DNA from: Spirochaetia bacterium | GTDB taxonomy: Bacteria > Spirochaetota > Spirochaetia > SZUA-6 > Bin103 | NCBI GenBank assembly: GCA_965199955.1 | Contig: CBDATQ010000002.1 | Coordinates: forward strand, 160,001-224,000 | Direction of reading: 5' to 3' | Length of the DNA: 64,000 nucleotides | Shown here: positions 40,970 through 50,691 of the stretch, in pieces | Numbering within the stretch: position 1 is the stretch's first letter | How the letters are laid out: each line of letters opens with the position of its first letter | Program-made: the position numbers and the translations under genes | Notes under the pieces: model-generated | What the model saw: the letters and a program-made list of their open reading frames with translations, nothing else | Databases searched by the model: none | Told to the model about the DNA's origin: nothing

Positions 40970-41631
40970 CCGTTGCCTCCGCCGGCGACGAAGTAGATCG
41001 GCAGCGATGCGAAGCCGGCCGGCACCGCGATCGCGAAGACGATGCCCACGGCGCGGATCAGGCGCGCGTAGCGCACCTGGTGCAGCCCCAGCGACTTGAA
41101 GCCGGACTGGAAGCCGTGCAGCAGGTGCGCGGCGAGCAGGGCCATCGCCACGACGTACAGCACGGCGTACCCCGGCATGCGGAAGGTGGTGACCACCAGC
41201 TCATACAGCGACACGTCGTCTGCCCGCGGCCCGAGACGGGACTCGTAGAAGAAGTTGCGGAGATGGATCACCAGGTAGACGAAGATCGCGCTGCCGGTGA
41301 TCACCATCGTGCGCGATGCCAGCGTGCTCCTCCCCGCCGAGCGGTTCCTGGCGTAGCGGACCGGACGCGCCCGGCGGTTCTGCGCGGTGAGCCAGATGCC
41401 GCTGGCCGCGTGCAGAACGATCGACAGGAACAGGAACACCTCGATGATGCGGATGATGACGTTCGTGGCGAACGCGTGCGCGTGCTCCTCGAAGTACGCG
41501 GCGCCGGCGTAGAGCAGCAGGTTGCCGTACAGGTGCACCACCAGGAACGAGCACAGGAACAACCCGGTGGCGCCCATCAACGCCTTCTTGCCAACCGAGG
41601 AGGTCAGCACCTCGAAGCACCAGCGAATCAT
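40966..41631 (-). CDS. sdhC: Succinate dehydrogenase cytochrome b subunit (b558 type)
   Basis: SSVGKK.LMGATG, VHLYGN, LHA, IHL, HLLHG His ligands. Confidence 0.92.
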
Positions 41632-43445
41632 GCGCGTCGACTGTACGGGATGACTGGCAATCCGGCCAACTCCTCGGCCTCCGCCACCATCTGCTCGACC
41701 ATCGCCAGACCGCGGTCCCAGAAGCCGGGGTCGGTCAGGTCGACGCCGAGCGGCTGCATGATCCGGTGCGGCCAGTCGGAGCCGCCGGCCGCCAGCATCT
41801 CTACGTAGGAGTCCGCGAAGGACTCGCCTTCCTCCTGGTAGCGGGCGTAGAGCGCCAGCACCAGCAGCTCGCCAAAGGAGTAGGCGTATACGTAGCCCGG
41901 CGTGTGCACGAAGTGGGGGATGTAGCTCCACCAGGCGCCGTAGTCCTCGCTCAGGGTGACGCTGTCGCCGAACATCGCCCGCTGCGTGGACAGCCACAGC
42001 TCCGCGAAGCGCTCCTGCGTCAGCTCGCCGTCGCTGCGCCGCGCCTTGTGGATGGCTTCTTCGAAGCGGTTCATGGCGGTCTGGCGGAAGACGGTCGCGA
42101 AGGTGTCCTCGATGCGGCGCACCAGCATGGCCAGCCGCTCGCGCCGGTCATCCTCGCGGTCGATCAGGTCGCGGAAGACCAGCATCTCCCCGAACACGGA
42201 GGCGGTCTCCGCCGTGGTCAGCGGGGTGTGGAACTGCAGGTAGCCGCGCGGGGCGGCCAGCAGCCCGTGTACGCCGTGGCCGAGCTCGTGCGCGAGGGTC
42301 ATCACGTCGCGCGGCTGTCCCTGGTAGTTGAGCAGCAGGTAGGGGTGGACGGAGGGCACGCAGGAGTGGCAGAAGGCGCCGCCGCGCTTGCGCGGCCGGA
42401 TCGGCGCGTCGATCCAGGTATTGTCGAAGAAGCGCGCAGCCTGCTCACCGAGGCGGCCGCTGAAGCGCCGGTAGGCCGACAGCACCGTCTCCACGGCATC
42501 GTCCCAGTGGTAGCGCCGGGACTCGGCGGCGAGCGGCGCGTAGCGGTCGTAGTCGAACAGCTCGCCGACTTCGAGCAGCCGGCGCTTCAGCCGATAGTAG
42601 CGTTCGACGATGTCGTAGCGGCCGACCACCGCGGCGACCAGCGCGTCGACGATGGCGTCGTCGACCTGGTTGTCCAGGTTGCGGTCGCTGATCCAGGACG
42701 GAAAGCTGCGCAGCCGGTCCTCCGACGCCTTGTCGGCCAGCAGGGTGTTGAACACGAAGGTCGAGGTGGGAAGCAGCGCCCGCAGCCCGTCGGTGATCGA
42801 GGCCGCGGACCGCTGCCGGAGCGGCCGGTCGGCCTGGTGGAGCTTGTTCAGCAGCTCCTCGCGCTGGATGTCGGCGCCGTCGAGCTGGAACCTCGTCGCG
42901 CCGTGCACCTCGTCGAAGTAGCGGATCCAGGCGCGCCGGCCGGTGACCGACTTCTCGCTGAGGATGCGCTCCTCCGGCTCGGTCAGGAGGTGCGGCCTGG
43001 TACGACGGGTGACGCGCAGGAAGTGGCGGTAGTGGCCGAGCCGTTCGTCGGAGAGCAGCGCATCAGCCTGCTCGTCGGCCAGGCCCGCCCACTCCAGCTC
43101 GAAGAACAGCAGGGCCTGGTGCAGGCGCGCCGAGCGCTCGGTGAGCTTCTGCAGCAGCGCGCCGCGTTGCGCGTCACCGGTGTCGGTCGACCACGCCAGG
43201 TGGGCGTACGTGCCCGCCCTGCCGGCCCGCTCCAGGCATGCCTCGTAGCGCTCCACCAAGCCGGCCAGCCCGGCGGCATCGAGGCGCTCCAGGCGGCCGC
43301 GGTAGTCGGCGGCCAGCTCCGCGGCCTCCCGGTCCGCGGCGTCCAGGTCGTGGTCGAGCGCCGGGTCGTCGGTGGCGGCGTACAGGTCGGCCAGGTCCCA
43401 GCCGACGGCTGCGGCTGATTCGGCAGGGGAAGAAGCCATGCTCAT
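41628..43445 (-). CDS. M3 family oligoendopeptidase (PepF-like)
   Basis: WDLADLY, KRGGAF, TLAHELGHG, AETAS, IPHF..YVYAY. Confidence 0.93.
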   Translation of the reverse strand: MSMASSPAESAAAVGWDLADLYAATDDPALDHDLDAADREAAELAADYRGRLERLDAAGLAGLVERYEACLERAGRAGTYAHLAWSTDTGDAQRGALLQKLTERSARLHQALLFFELEWAGLADEQADALLSDERLGHYRHFLRVTRRTRPHLLTEPEERILSEKSVTGRRAWIRYFDEVHGATRFQLDGADIQREELLNKLHQADRPLRQRSAASITDGLRALLPTSTFVFNTLLADKASEDRLRSFPSWISDRNLDNQVDDAIVDALVAAVVGRYDIVERYYRLKRRLLEVGELFDYDRYAPLAAESRRYHWDDAVETVLSAYRRFSGRLGEQAARFFDNTWIDAPIRPRKRGGAFCHSCVPSVHPYLLLNYQGQPRDVMTLAHELGHGVHGLLAAPRGYLQFHTPLTTAETASVFGEMLVFRDLIDREDDRRERLAMLVRRIEDTFATVFRQTAMNRFEEAIHKARRSDGELTQERFAELWLSTQRAMFGDSVTLSEDYGAWWSYIPHFVHTPGYVYAYSFGELLVLALYARYQEEGESFADSYVEMLAAGGSDWPHRIMQPLGVDLTDPGFWDRGLAMVEQMVAEAEELAGLPVIPYSRRA

Positions 43446-43528
43446 CTCTCGTGACGGGTGTGGAATCCGGGTTGCGCGCTGCCCCCGGCAGCGTCGCGGC
43501 AGTATCATAGGGTATGGCATCACCGGGC

Positions 43529-44839
43529 ATGGCTTCCAAGGCAGACGTCACCGACGCCCTGCGCGCGATCGTCGACCCCGACCTGCACCAGGACATCGTC
43601 AGCCTGGGGTTCGTGCAGGAGGTGGAAATCGAGGACGGGCACGTGCTCGCCGAGATCCGCATTACCACCCCTGCCTGCCCGGTGCGCGACGAGTTCAAGA
43701 CGCAGGCGGAGCGGCTGATCGGCGACCTGCCCGGGGTCAAGTCCGTGACGGTGCGGATCACCGCGCCCGAGCAGCGGCGCACCTCTCCGGTCAAGGAGTC
43801 CGGTCTGGAGGAGGTCTCCTCGATCATCGCCGTGGCCTCGTGCAAGGGCGGCGTCGGCAAGTCGACGGTGGCCGCCGGCATCGCCTGCGAGCTGGCGCGC
43901 CGCGGCCACCGCGTCGGCCTGCTGGACGCCGACATCTTCGGCCCGTCGGTGCCCACCCTGTTCAACCGGCACGACCAGCCGCTCACCGCCGGGCGCGGCA
44001 ACCTGCTGGCGCCGGTCGCGGTCGGCCCCCTGCAGGTGATGTCGTTCGGCTTCTGGCTCGGCGACGCGCCGGCGGTGATGCGGGGGCCGATGGTCACCAA
44101 CTACGTGCAGCAGTTCCTGCACGGCGTCGCCTGGGAAGGCCTGGACTACCTGCTGATCGACCTGCCGCCCGGCACGGGAGACATCCAGCTCACCATCACG
44201 CAGGCCATCCAGCTCGACGGGGCGCTGATCGTCACCACCCCGCAGGCACTGGCGCTCGCCGACGTCGGCAAGGGCATCGTCATGTTCGACAAGGTCGAGG
44301 TGCCGGTCCTGGGCGTGATCGAGAACATGGCCTGGTTCGCCGACGGCGAAGGCCGGCGGCACCAGGTGTTCGGCGAAGGTGGGGGCGAGGCGCTGGCCGA
44401 GCGCTTCGGCGTGCCGCTGCTCTGCCAGCTTCCGCTCGATCCGTCCGCGTACGGCGGCACGTTCGATGCCTATGCCGGCGACGAGGGGTTCGCGCACGCG
44501 GCCGATACCGTCGTACGTGCGCTGGGACGCAGCAAGGCGGGCTCGCAGGCGAAACCGGAAGTCGGTTTCGACGAGAGCTCGATTACGGTGAGCTGGGAGG
44601 ACGGCTCGGTCGACCGCGTCGCCAACCGCGAGCTGCGCGCCAACTGCCGCTGCGCGCGCTGCGTGGACGAGTTCTCCGGTGAGCAGCTCCTGGACGTCGG
44701 GCGCATCCCGGCCGACATTCGCGCGGACGAGGTGCGGGTGGTCGGCAACTACGCGCTGGCGGTGACCTGGAGCGACGGCCACTCCACCGGGCTCTACCCG
44801 TACCGGACCATCAGGTCGCTGGCGGCGGAAGCGGCCTGA
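43529..44839 (+). CDS. Mrp/NBP35 Fe-S cluster carrier with DUF59 and C-terminal DUF971 domains (HCF101-like)
   Basis: DPDL..DIVSLG, TTPACP, KGGVGKST, DLPPGTGD, ENM; C-terminal CRCARC...WSDGHSTG. Confidence 0.9.
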   Translation: MASKADVTDALRAIVDPDLHQDIVSLGFVQEVEIEDGHVLAEIRITTPACPVRDEFKTQAERLIGDLPGVKSVTVRITAPEQRRTSPVKESGLEEVSSIIAVASCKGGVGKSTVAAGIACELARRGHRVGLLDADIFGPSVPTLFNRHDQPLTAGRGNLLAPVAVGPLQVMSFGFWLGDAPAVMRGPMVTNYVQQFLHGVAWEGLDYLLIDLPPGTGDIQLTITQAIQLDGALIVTTPQALALADVGKGIVMFDKVEVPVLGVIENMAWFADGEGRRHQVFGEGGGEALAERFGVPLLCQLPLDPSAYGGTFDAYAGDEGFAHAADTVVRALGRSKAGSQAKPEVGFDESSITVSWEDGSVDRVANRELRANCRCARCVDEFSGEQLLDVGRIPADIRADEVRVVGNYALAVTWSDGHSTGLYPYRTIRSLAAEAA

Positions 44840-44856
44840 CCCGGTCGGCGGGCGGC

Positions 44857-45114
44857 GTGAATCCCCTGCAGGAGGCGCTCGCCGGCGCGGCCAGCGTCGG
44901 CGTCTGCCACGGCTCGAGCTGCTCGATGGCGTTCTGCGAGGACGTGCTGGAGGCCGGCGAAGACCATGCCGCCCGCTCGGTTCCGGTCAGGCGCTGCGGC
45001 TGCCTCGGTCACTGCGACGAGGGGCCGAATGTCGTCTACGACGGCGTGGTCTACACCGACATGGACCCGCGGAAGATGCGCGCCCTGCTCGCTCGGCTCG
45101 GCCTGAGCGGGTAG
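44857..45114 (+). CDS. Thioredoxin-like [2Fe-2S] ferredoxin
   Basis: CHGSSC and CLGHCDEGPNV motifs. Confidence 0.8.
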   Translation: MNPLQEALAGAASVGVCHGSSCSMAFCEDVLEAGEDHAARSVPVRRCGCLGHCDEGPNVVYDGVVYTDMDPRKMRALLARLGLSG

Positions 45115-45222
45115 AGAGGACGGTGCGAACCTGCTCGCTTCCATCCGCTGATAGCGCCCGAGCTATGACATCGAGAAGCTCCTGGGACGGTGGGTGCCGC
45201 GGCCGTCTGCCGGATCTTCTCG

Positions 45223-46260
45223 CTACGGGGTCAGGAGGGGGCAGTGTTGGCGCGTCGTGGCGATCGCCGCCACCGCCTCCGGGTGCGCCGCGGGCGGCAA
45301 GTTCGGGGTCGGCACGGCGGGCGCAAGCATGGCGGCTACGCCGTCGCGTACCCCCGATCGCGCGTAGCCGCCCTCCAGGGTCGCTGCCCACGGGACGCGC
45401 AACTCGCCGAGGAGGGCGAACAGTCGGCCGAAGAGATCCCGCAGCCCGGCGGCGGTGAGCCGCATGCCGGCCAGAGGATCGGCTGCGTGCGCGTCGAAGC
45501 CGGCCGACACGATCACCAGGTCGGGGCGCCAGGCGCGCACCAGCGGCAGCACCACCTCCTCCATAGCCAGCGCGTACTCGGCGTCGCCGCAGCCGGCCGG
45601 CAGCGGCACGTTGACGGTGTACCCGTGCCCGTCGCCGCGGCCGGTCTCGCCCGCGGCGCCGCTGATCCACGGGTACCACGGATACTGGTGCAGTGATACG
45701 TAGAGCACGTCGGAGCGATCGTAGAAGATCTCCTGCGTGCCGTTGCCGTGGTGGACGTCCGGGTCGAAGATCAGGACCCGCCGGCAGCCGAGGTCGGCGA
45801 CCGCCGCTGCGGCCGCCACGGCGGCGCTGTTGAACACGCAGAAGCCCATGGCGCGCGCCGACTCGGCGTGGTGGCCGGGCGGCCGGGTAAGGCAGACGGC
45901 GCCCGACGCGTCGCCGGCGAGCACCGCGCCCACCGCCTCCAGTGCGCCCTGCGCCGCCAGACGCGCCGCCTCGATGCTGTGCGGGCCGATGCGGGTGTCC
46001 GGGTCCAGCACGGCGCTGCGGCCGGCCATCCCCAGCAGGCGCTCGACGTAGCGGGGCGTGTGCGCGAGCAGGAGCCGGGACTCCTCGACAGGCTCCAGCC
46101 GTTCCACGACCCGCAGTTCCGGCGCCTCCGCAGCCTCCGCCGCGGCGACCGCGTCCAGGGCGAAGCGCAGCCGCTCCGGGCGCTCGGGGTGGCCGGCGCC
46201 CGCGTCGTGCAGGGCGCAGCGGGGGTCGGTGAGCACCAGCAGCGGAGCCACGTTCCTCAT
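45223..46260 (-). CDS. Histone deacetylase family amidohydrolase
   Basis: HPERPER, RPPGHHA, GFC, DVHHGNGT, SAGFDAH, EGGY. Confidence 0.94.
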   Translation of the reverse strand: MRNVAPLLVLTDPRCALHDAGAGHPERPERLRFALDAVAAAEAAEAPELRVVERLEPVEESRLLLAHTPRYVERLLGMAGRSAVLDPDTRIGPHSIEAARLAAQGALEAVGAVLAGDASGAVCLTRPPGHHAESARAMGFCVFNSAAVAAAAAVADLGCRRVLIFDPDVHHGNGTQEIFYDRSDVLYVSLHQYPWYPWISGAAGETGRGDGHGYTVNVPLPAGCGDAEYALAMEEVVLPLVRAWRPDLVIVSAGFDAHAADPLAGMRLTAAGLRDLFGRLFALLGELRVPWAATLEGGYARSGVRDGVAAMLAPAVPTPNLPPAAHPEAVAAIATTRQHCPLLTP

Positions 46261-46318
46261 CTTGACGTGCCCGCGGGGGGCTGCCTATCTTGCCGCCAAG
46301 CAAGCGCGAGGAACATTC

Positions 46319-46573
46319 ATGGCCTACATCATCACCGAACCCTGCATCGGCACCTGCGATACCTCCTGCGTCGAAGTCTGCCCGGTCGACTGCATCCACC
46401 CCTCGGAGGGGTACGACGACCCGGAAGGCAAGATGCTGTACATCGACCCGGACGAGTGCATCGACTGCGCCGCCTGCGTGCCGGAGTGCCCGGTCGACGC
46501 CATCTTCGAAGAGAGCGAAGTGCCCGACGAGTGGCAGAAGTACATCCAGATCAACGCGGACTACTTCCAGTAG
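46319..46573 (+). CDS. Dicluster ferredoxin (FdxA-like)
   Basis: CIGTCDTSCVEVCPVDCI and CIDCAACVPECP; TTGACG-N18-TATCTT promoter and GAGG RBS upstream. Confidence 0.93.
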   Translation: MAYIITEPCIGTCDTSCVEVCPVDCIHPSEGYDDPEGKMLYIDPDECIDCAACVPECPVDAIFEESEVPDEWQKYIQINADYFQ

Positions 46574-46594
46574 CCCGCTGAGAGGGGAGAGACC

Positions 46595-46942
46595 ATGGCC
46601 AAGAAGAAGCGACGGGCGGAGTTTTACCGGTCGATTCCGGAGCTTCCCAAGGCCATGCAGACCAAGAAGCGCAAGCCCAAGCTCATGGCGGTGGTCGATG
46701 AGGACAACTGCACGGGCTGCCAGGTGTGCGTGCCGTTCTGCCCCGTGGACTGTATCGAGGCGGTCCCCGACGAGAAGTACGACATCCCGATCCCGCCCGT
46801 GCAGATCCGTTTCCAGGAGTGCATCGGCTGCCAGATCTGCGCGCGCGTGTGCACTCAGCTCACCTGGGACGCGATCGACATGCTGCCGACCGCGGAGTTC
46901 GAGAAGACCTATCAGATCGAGATCGGCCAGACCGCCGGTTGA
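46595..46942 (+). CDS. 2x[4Fe-4S] ferredoxin with Lys/Arg-rich N-terminus
   Basis: CTGCQVCVPFCP and CIGCQICARVC. Confidence 0.9.
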   Translation: MAKKKRRAEFYRSIPELPKAMQTKKRKPKLMAVVDEDNCTGCQVCVPFCPVDCIEAVPDEKYDIPIPPVQIRFQECIGCQICARVCTQLTWDAIDMLPTAEFEKTYQIEIGQTAG

Positions 46943-46963
46943 TCCGCCGCATCGCAGTCGCCG

Positions 46964-47494
46964 ATGTGGCTGTTCCTCTACACGTGCTACGCCCTGATCA
47001 CCGTCACCGGAACGCTGCTGACCGCTGCCGTGGTCCAGGGGTTCGCCGGCATCCAGGTGCTGGGCGCCGGCCACCCGGCGTTCGGGTTCTTCACCACGAT
47101 CGTGTTCCTGCTGACGCAGACGGCGGTCATCTTCTTCTTCGTCACCACCGGCGTGAGCGTCCGCGACTTCGTGCGCGAGCGCGGGCTTGCCCCGGACCTG
47201 CTCCAGCGCTCACGCCGCGCCCACGGACCGGTGTCGGGACAGGCGACGCTCAGCCTCCTGCTCATCATGGGCACGGCCGTCTCGGGCGGTGCGGCAGCCG
47301 CGGCGGCGATACCGCGCTGGCTGCACCTGGCGGTGGCGGCGGTCACGTACGCGCACTTCGTGATGCTGGTGGTGATGCAGCACCGCGCCTTCCGCACGCA
47401 GACCGCGATCGTCGTGCAGATGGCCGAGCTGGTGCGGTCCTCAGAGGGTGAGGACGGAGATGACGACGACGGCGCCGGAGCCGAGCAACAGTAG
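46964..47494 (+). CDS. Hypothetical 4-TM membrane protein
   Basis: Four hydrophobic helices with several His residues; follows the ferredoxins. Confidence 0.7.
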   Translation: MWLFLYTCYALITVTGTLLTAAVVQGFAGIQVLGAGHPAFGFFTTIVFLLTQTAVIFFFVTTGVSVRDFVRERGLAPDLLQRSRRAHGPVSGQATLSLLLIMGTAVSGGAAAAAAIPRWLHLAVAAVTYAHFVMLVVMQHRAFRTQTAIVVQMAELVRSSEGEDGDDDDGAGAEQQ

Positions 47495-47578
47495 CGCGAA
47501 CGCCGCCGTGACCAGCACGATGCGGCGGAAGCCGCTGGCCCCGGCATCGAACTTGAGCACGGTGCGGCGCTCGGTCAT
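47441..47578 (-). CDS. Small membrane protein, 45 aa (not in ORF track)
   Basis: MTERRTVLKFDAGASGFRRIVLVTAAFALLLLGSGAVVVISVLTL; single TM. Confidence 0.5.
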   Translation of the reverse strand: MTERRTVLKFDAGASGFRRIVLVTAAFALLLLGSGAVVVISVLTL

Positions 47579-47591
47579 GCTTGGACCCCGG

Positions 47592-47747
47592 TCATCGCTT
47601 GAGCCGCTGCATGAGCCAGCCGGCCATGAAGATGGCCGCGCCGATCGCCACGTCGCGGCCCCGCAGCGGGTCCGGCAGCGTCAGCACGAAGCTGAGGGCA
47701 AGAAAGCTCAGGCCAAGCCCCTGCACGATCTTGGCGGCGATGAGCAT
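47592..47747 (-). CDS. Small 2-TM membrane protein, 51 aa (not in ORF track)
   Basis: MLIAAKIVQGLGLSFLALSFVLTLPDPLRGRDVAIGAAIFMAGWLMQRLKR; CATAAT 6 nt upstream of the ATG. Confidence 0.65.
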   Translation of the reverse strand: MLIAAKIVQGLGLSFLALSFVLTLPDPLRGRDVAIGAAIFMAGWLMQRLKR

Positions 47748-47773
47748 CGGCCCATTATGATACGGAGGAACGG

Positions 47774-49138
47774 ATGAGCGACACAGGACGGCGCGTAGCG
47801 ATCGTGGGCTCCGGCCCCAGCGGCTTCTATGCAGCGGAGGTGCTGCTGAAGGACGAACGGAACCTGCAGGTGGACATCATCGACCGCCTGCCCACCCCCT
47901 TCGGGCTGGTGCGGGGCGGCGTGGCCCCCGACCATCAGAAGATCAAGAACGTGATCCGCATCTACGAGCGAACGGCCGGCAACGACCGCTGCAGCTTCAT
48001 CGGCAACGTGATGGTCGGCCGAGACGTGAGCGTCGTCGACCTGCAGCGCTTCTACGACGCGGTGGTGTTCACCTGCGGCGCGGAGACCGACCGCACGCTC
48101 AACATCCCCGGCATCGACCTGGCCGGTAGTCACACCGCCACCGCGTTCGTGGGCTGGTACAACGGCCACCCCGACTACCGCCACCTGAGCTTCGACCTCT
48201 CCGCCGAGGCGGCCGTCGTCATCGGCCAGGGCAACGTCGCCGTCGACGTGACCCGCATCCTCGCCAAGACCGTCGACGAGCTGTCCGGCACCGACATCGC
48301 CGCCCACGCCCTGGAGGCGCTGGCGGAGAGCAAGGTGCGCGAGGTGCACATGGTCGGCCGCCGCGGCCCGGTGCAGGCGGCCTTCACCAGCAAGGAGATC
48401 CGCGAGCTCGGCGAGCTCGGCGACTGCGCGCTGCACTTCAACGACCAGGCCGACTTCGACCTCGGCCCCTGCTGCCAGACGGAGCTCGACGAGGCCGGCA
48501 ACACGGACGCGCAGCGCAACTGGAAGGCGCTGGGCGAGCTGCGCGAGGAAGGCCCCGCGAGCGGCTGCTCGAAGAGGATCGTCGTCCACTTCTTCCGCAG
48601 CCCCAAGGAGCTCGCCGGCAACGGGCGGGTGCAGCGGCTGACCCTGGAGAAGAACCGCCTGGCCGGCGATGCTGGCGACCAGTGGGCGGAGGGCACCGGC
48701 GAGACGGTGGAGATGGACTGCGGGCTGTTCTTCCGCAGCGTCGGCTACCGCGGTGTGCCGATCGAGGGCCTGCCGTTCGACGACCGGCGCGGCGTGTTCC
48801 CCAACCAGGGCGGGCGCATCACCGCCGACGGCGCGGTGGTGCCGGGCCTGTACGCCGCCGGCTGGATCAAGCGTGGCCCCTCCGGCGTCATCGGCACCAA
48901 CAAGCCGGACAGCACCGAGACCGCGAAGAACCTGCTCGCCGACCTCGACGGGCTCGCCGCGTGCGCGGTGCCCGACACCGGCGCGCTGCTCGCACAGCTC
49001 CGCGACGGCGGCGTGCGGCCGATCAGCTACGAGGACTGGCGCGCCATCGACGCCGCCGAGGTGGCGCGCGGCGCCGCCGCCGGCAAGCCGCGCGAGAAGT
49101 TCACCCGCATCGAGGAGATGCTCGCCGTCCTCGACTGA
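47774..49138 (+). CDS. Ferredoxin--NADP+ reductase, adrenodoxin-reductase/FprA type
   Basis: GSGPSGFYAA, PFGLVRGGVAPDH, GQGNVAVD, GRRGP, GWIKRGPSGVIG. Confidence 0.92.
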   Translation: MSDTGRRVAIVGSGPSGFYAAEVLLKDERNLQVDIIDRLPTPFGLVRGGVAPDHQKIKNVIRIYERTAGNDRCSFIGNVMVGRDVSVVDLQRFYDAVVFTCGAETDRTLNIPGIDLAGSHTATAFVGWYNGHPDYRHLSFDLSAEAAVVIGQGNVAVDVTRILAKTVDELSGTDIAAHALEALAESKVREVHMVGRRGPVQAAFTSKEIRELGELGDCALHFNDQADFDLGPCCQTELDEAGNTDAQRNWKALGELREEGPASGCSKRIVVHFFRSPKELAGNGRVQRLTLEKNRLAGDAGDQWAEGTGETVEMDCGLFFRSVGYRGVPIEGLPFDDRRGVFPNQGGRITADGAVVPGLYAAGWIKRGPSGVIGTNKPDSTETAKNLLADLDGLAACAVPDTGALLAQLRDGGVRPISYEDWRAIDAAEVARGAAAGKPREKFTRIEEMLAVLD

Positions 49139-49165
49139 GTGCCCCGCGCGCCTCCACGCCGGCGT

Positions 49166-49216
49166 GTAACCTCATGATTCGCGCGAATTATGCGGTCGTA
49201 ACCTCATAATTCGCGC
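49166..49216. repeat. Interlocked direct and inverted repeat
   Basis: GTAACCTCATRATTCGCGC at 49166 and 49198, with an inverted copy GCGCGAATTATG between them. Confidence 0.75.
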
Positions 49217-49269
49217 TATTAGGCCGTGCAGTCGAGACGTTTCGGCCGTCGACGGGGCCGGCCGGCTGC

Positions 49270-49545
49270 GCACGATGGTGCACATCACGCTGCCCGGGCC
49301 GCGGCATGTTGTAGTGGATGTAGAGGACGAACGGCCGGCCCGTGGAGTGGCGCCCTGGTTGCGTATGCCCGGCTTCGCGTGGACACACGAGTGCCGGGTA
49401 GGTCATGTCTCCCGCCGAAGGTCACCGTCGGCGTCCACTCGGAGGCGTCGTTGGGGCGCAGCGACCGCCGGTAGGGAACCTGGTCGTGGTGCACGCGAAG
49501 ACCACGTGCAGGTATCCTCGACTGTCCATGGTCATGGCGGGCCGG
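49270..49545 (-). pseudogene. BNR-repeat/beta-propeller protein remnant
   Basis: Frameshifted pieces RPAMTMDSRGYLHVVF / HHDQVPYRRSLRPNDASEWT / MTYPALVC. Confidence 0.5.
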
Positions 49546-49649
49546 CCGACGTGCCTTCGATCCGAGCTGCCGGCCACGATACCACAGCCGTCGAGGGCGA
49601 GCGGCCGTAACGTTGACCGTGCGGGGACGGCGTCCGTACACTGCGGGCC

Positions 49650-50594
49650 GTGGGCGGCCCGGAAGGCACGTCGCAACCCGACGCAGCGAGCACGCGGCCC
49701 GGCGGCAATGGCTCATCCGGGCAGGACGCTTCCGGGCAGAACGGCGCCGCCGGCGAGCCCAAGCGCTCCGGACTGGGCGTCATCGTCCACTCCTTCTTCG
49801 TCGTTCCGCTGCTGATCGCGGTGCTGGCGGTGCTGGTGATCGCCGGCGTCTCCATCCTGTCGTCGGAGCCGGCGGACGCGCTGGACTACCTGAACGACGT
49901 GCGCACGGGCGGCCAGACGCGCCGCTGGCAGGCGGCGTTCGACCTGAGCACGCTGCTGTTCGACCTGGCGCGCAAGGATCAGGTCCCGCGGGACGAGCGC
50001 TTCGTGAACGGGATGAACCTCGCCTTCGCCGAAGCGGAGGGCGACGACCGGCGCGTGCGGCAGTACCTGTCGCAGGCCATGGCCCTGACCGGCGACCGCC
50101 GCTTCGTTCCCACCCTGCTCGACGCGCTGGCGACGGAGGATAGCGAGAACTCGGCCTCCTTCTACCTGCAGGCGCTCGGCTTCCTGGCCGGGCCGGAGGA
50201 GCTGCCGGTGCTGCTGCCGTACCTGCAGCATGACTCGGACCGCATCCGGACGTCGGCCGTGCGTACGATCGGCGCCATCGGCGACCCGTCCACCGCCCCG
50301 GCCCTGGAGCCGCTGCTGTACGACGAGGAGCACAACGCGCGCTGGTTCGCGGCGATCGCGCTGGCGGCGCTCGGCAGCGACGCCGGCGCGGAGGTGCTCA
50401 TGCAGCTCCTGGACCGGGAGTACTGGGCCGACTTCCCGAATGTTGACGCGGACGAGCAGAGCGACATAATGGAGGTCGCGGTGAATGTCACAGTCGGCCT
50501 CGGCCGGCCGGAGCTGACCGAGCAGGTGCGCGGCCTGTCGACCGGCGATATCGACCCACGGGTCCGCCGGGCAGCGACGGAGGCGCTCCGCTAG
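49650..50594 (+). CDS. Membrane-anchored HEAT-repeat protein
   Basis: One N-terminal TM (FFVVPLLI...) then HEAT/PBS-lyase-like repeats (IRTSAVRTIG, ARWFAAIALA, VRRAATEAL). Confidence 0.85.
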   Translation: MGGPEGTSQPDAASTRPGGNGSSGQDASGQNGAAGEPKRSGLGVIVHSFFVVPLLIAVLAVLVIAGVSILSSEPADALDYLNDVRTGGQTRRWQAAFDLSTLLFDLARKDQVPRDERFVNGMNLAFAEAEGDDRRVRQYLSQAMALTGDRRFVPTLLDALATEDSENSASFYLQALGFLAGPEELPVLLPYLQHDSDRIRTSAVRTIGAIGDPSTAPALEPLLYDEEHNARWFAAIALAALGSDAGAEVLMQLLDREYWADFPNVDADEQSDIMEVAVNVTVGLGRPELTEQVRGLSTGDIDPRVRRAATEALR

Positions 50595-50691
50595 TGGACG
50601 GCGGCAGAAGTCGCAGCAACAGGGTTTACAGCGAACCGACAGACGTGAAGAATCCGGCCGTGCACGACGATACAGGGATGAGAAGACGCTG

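Noticed and set aside
49166..49216. Possible mini-CRISPR
   Set aside because: Only two 19-bp direct repeats with a 13-nt self-complementary gap and no cas genes
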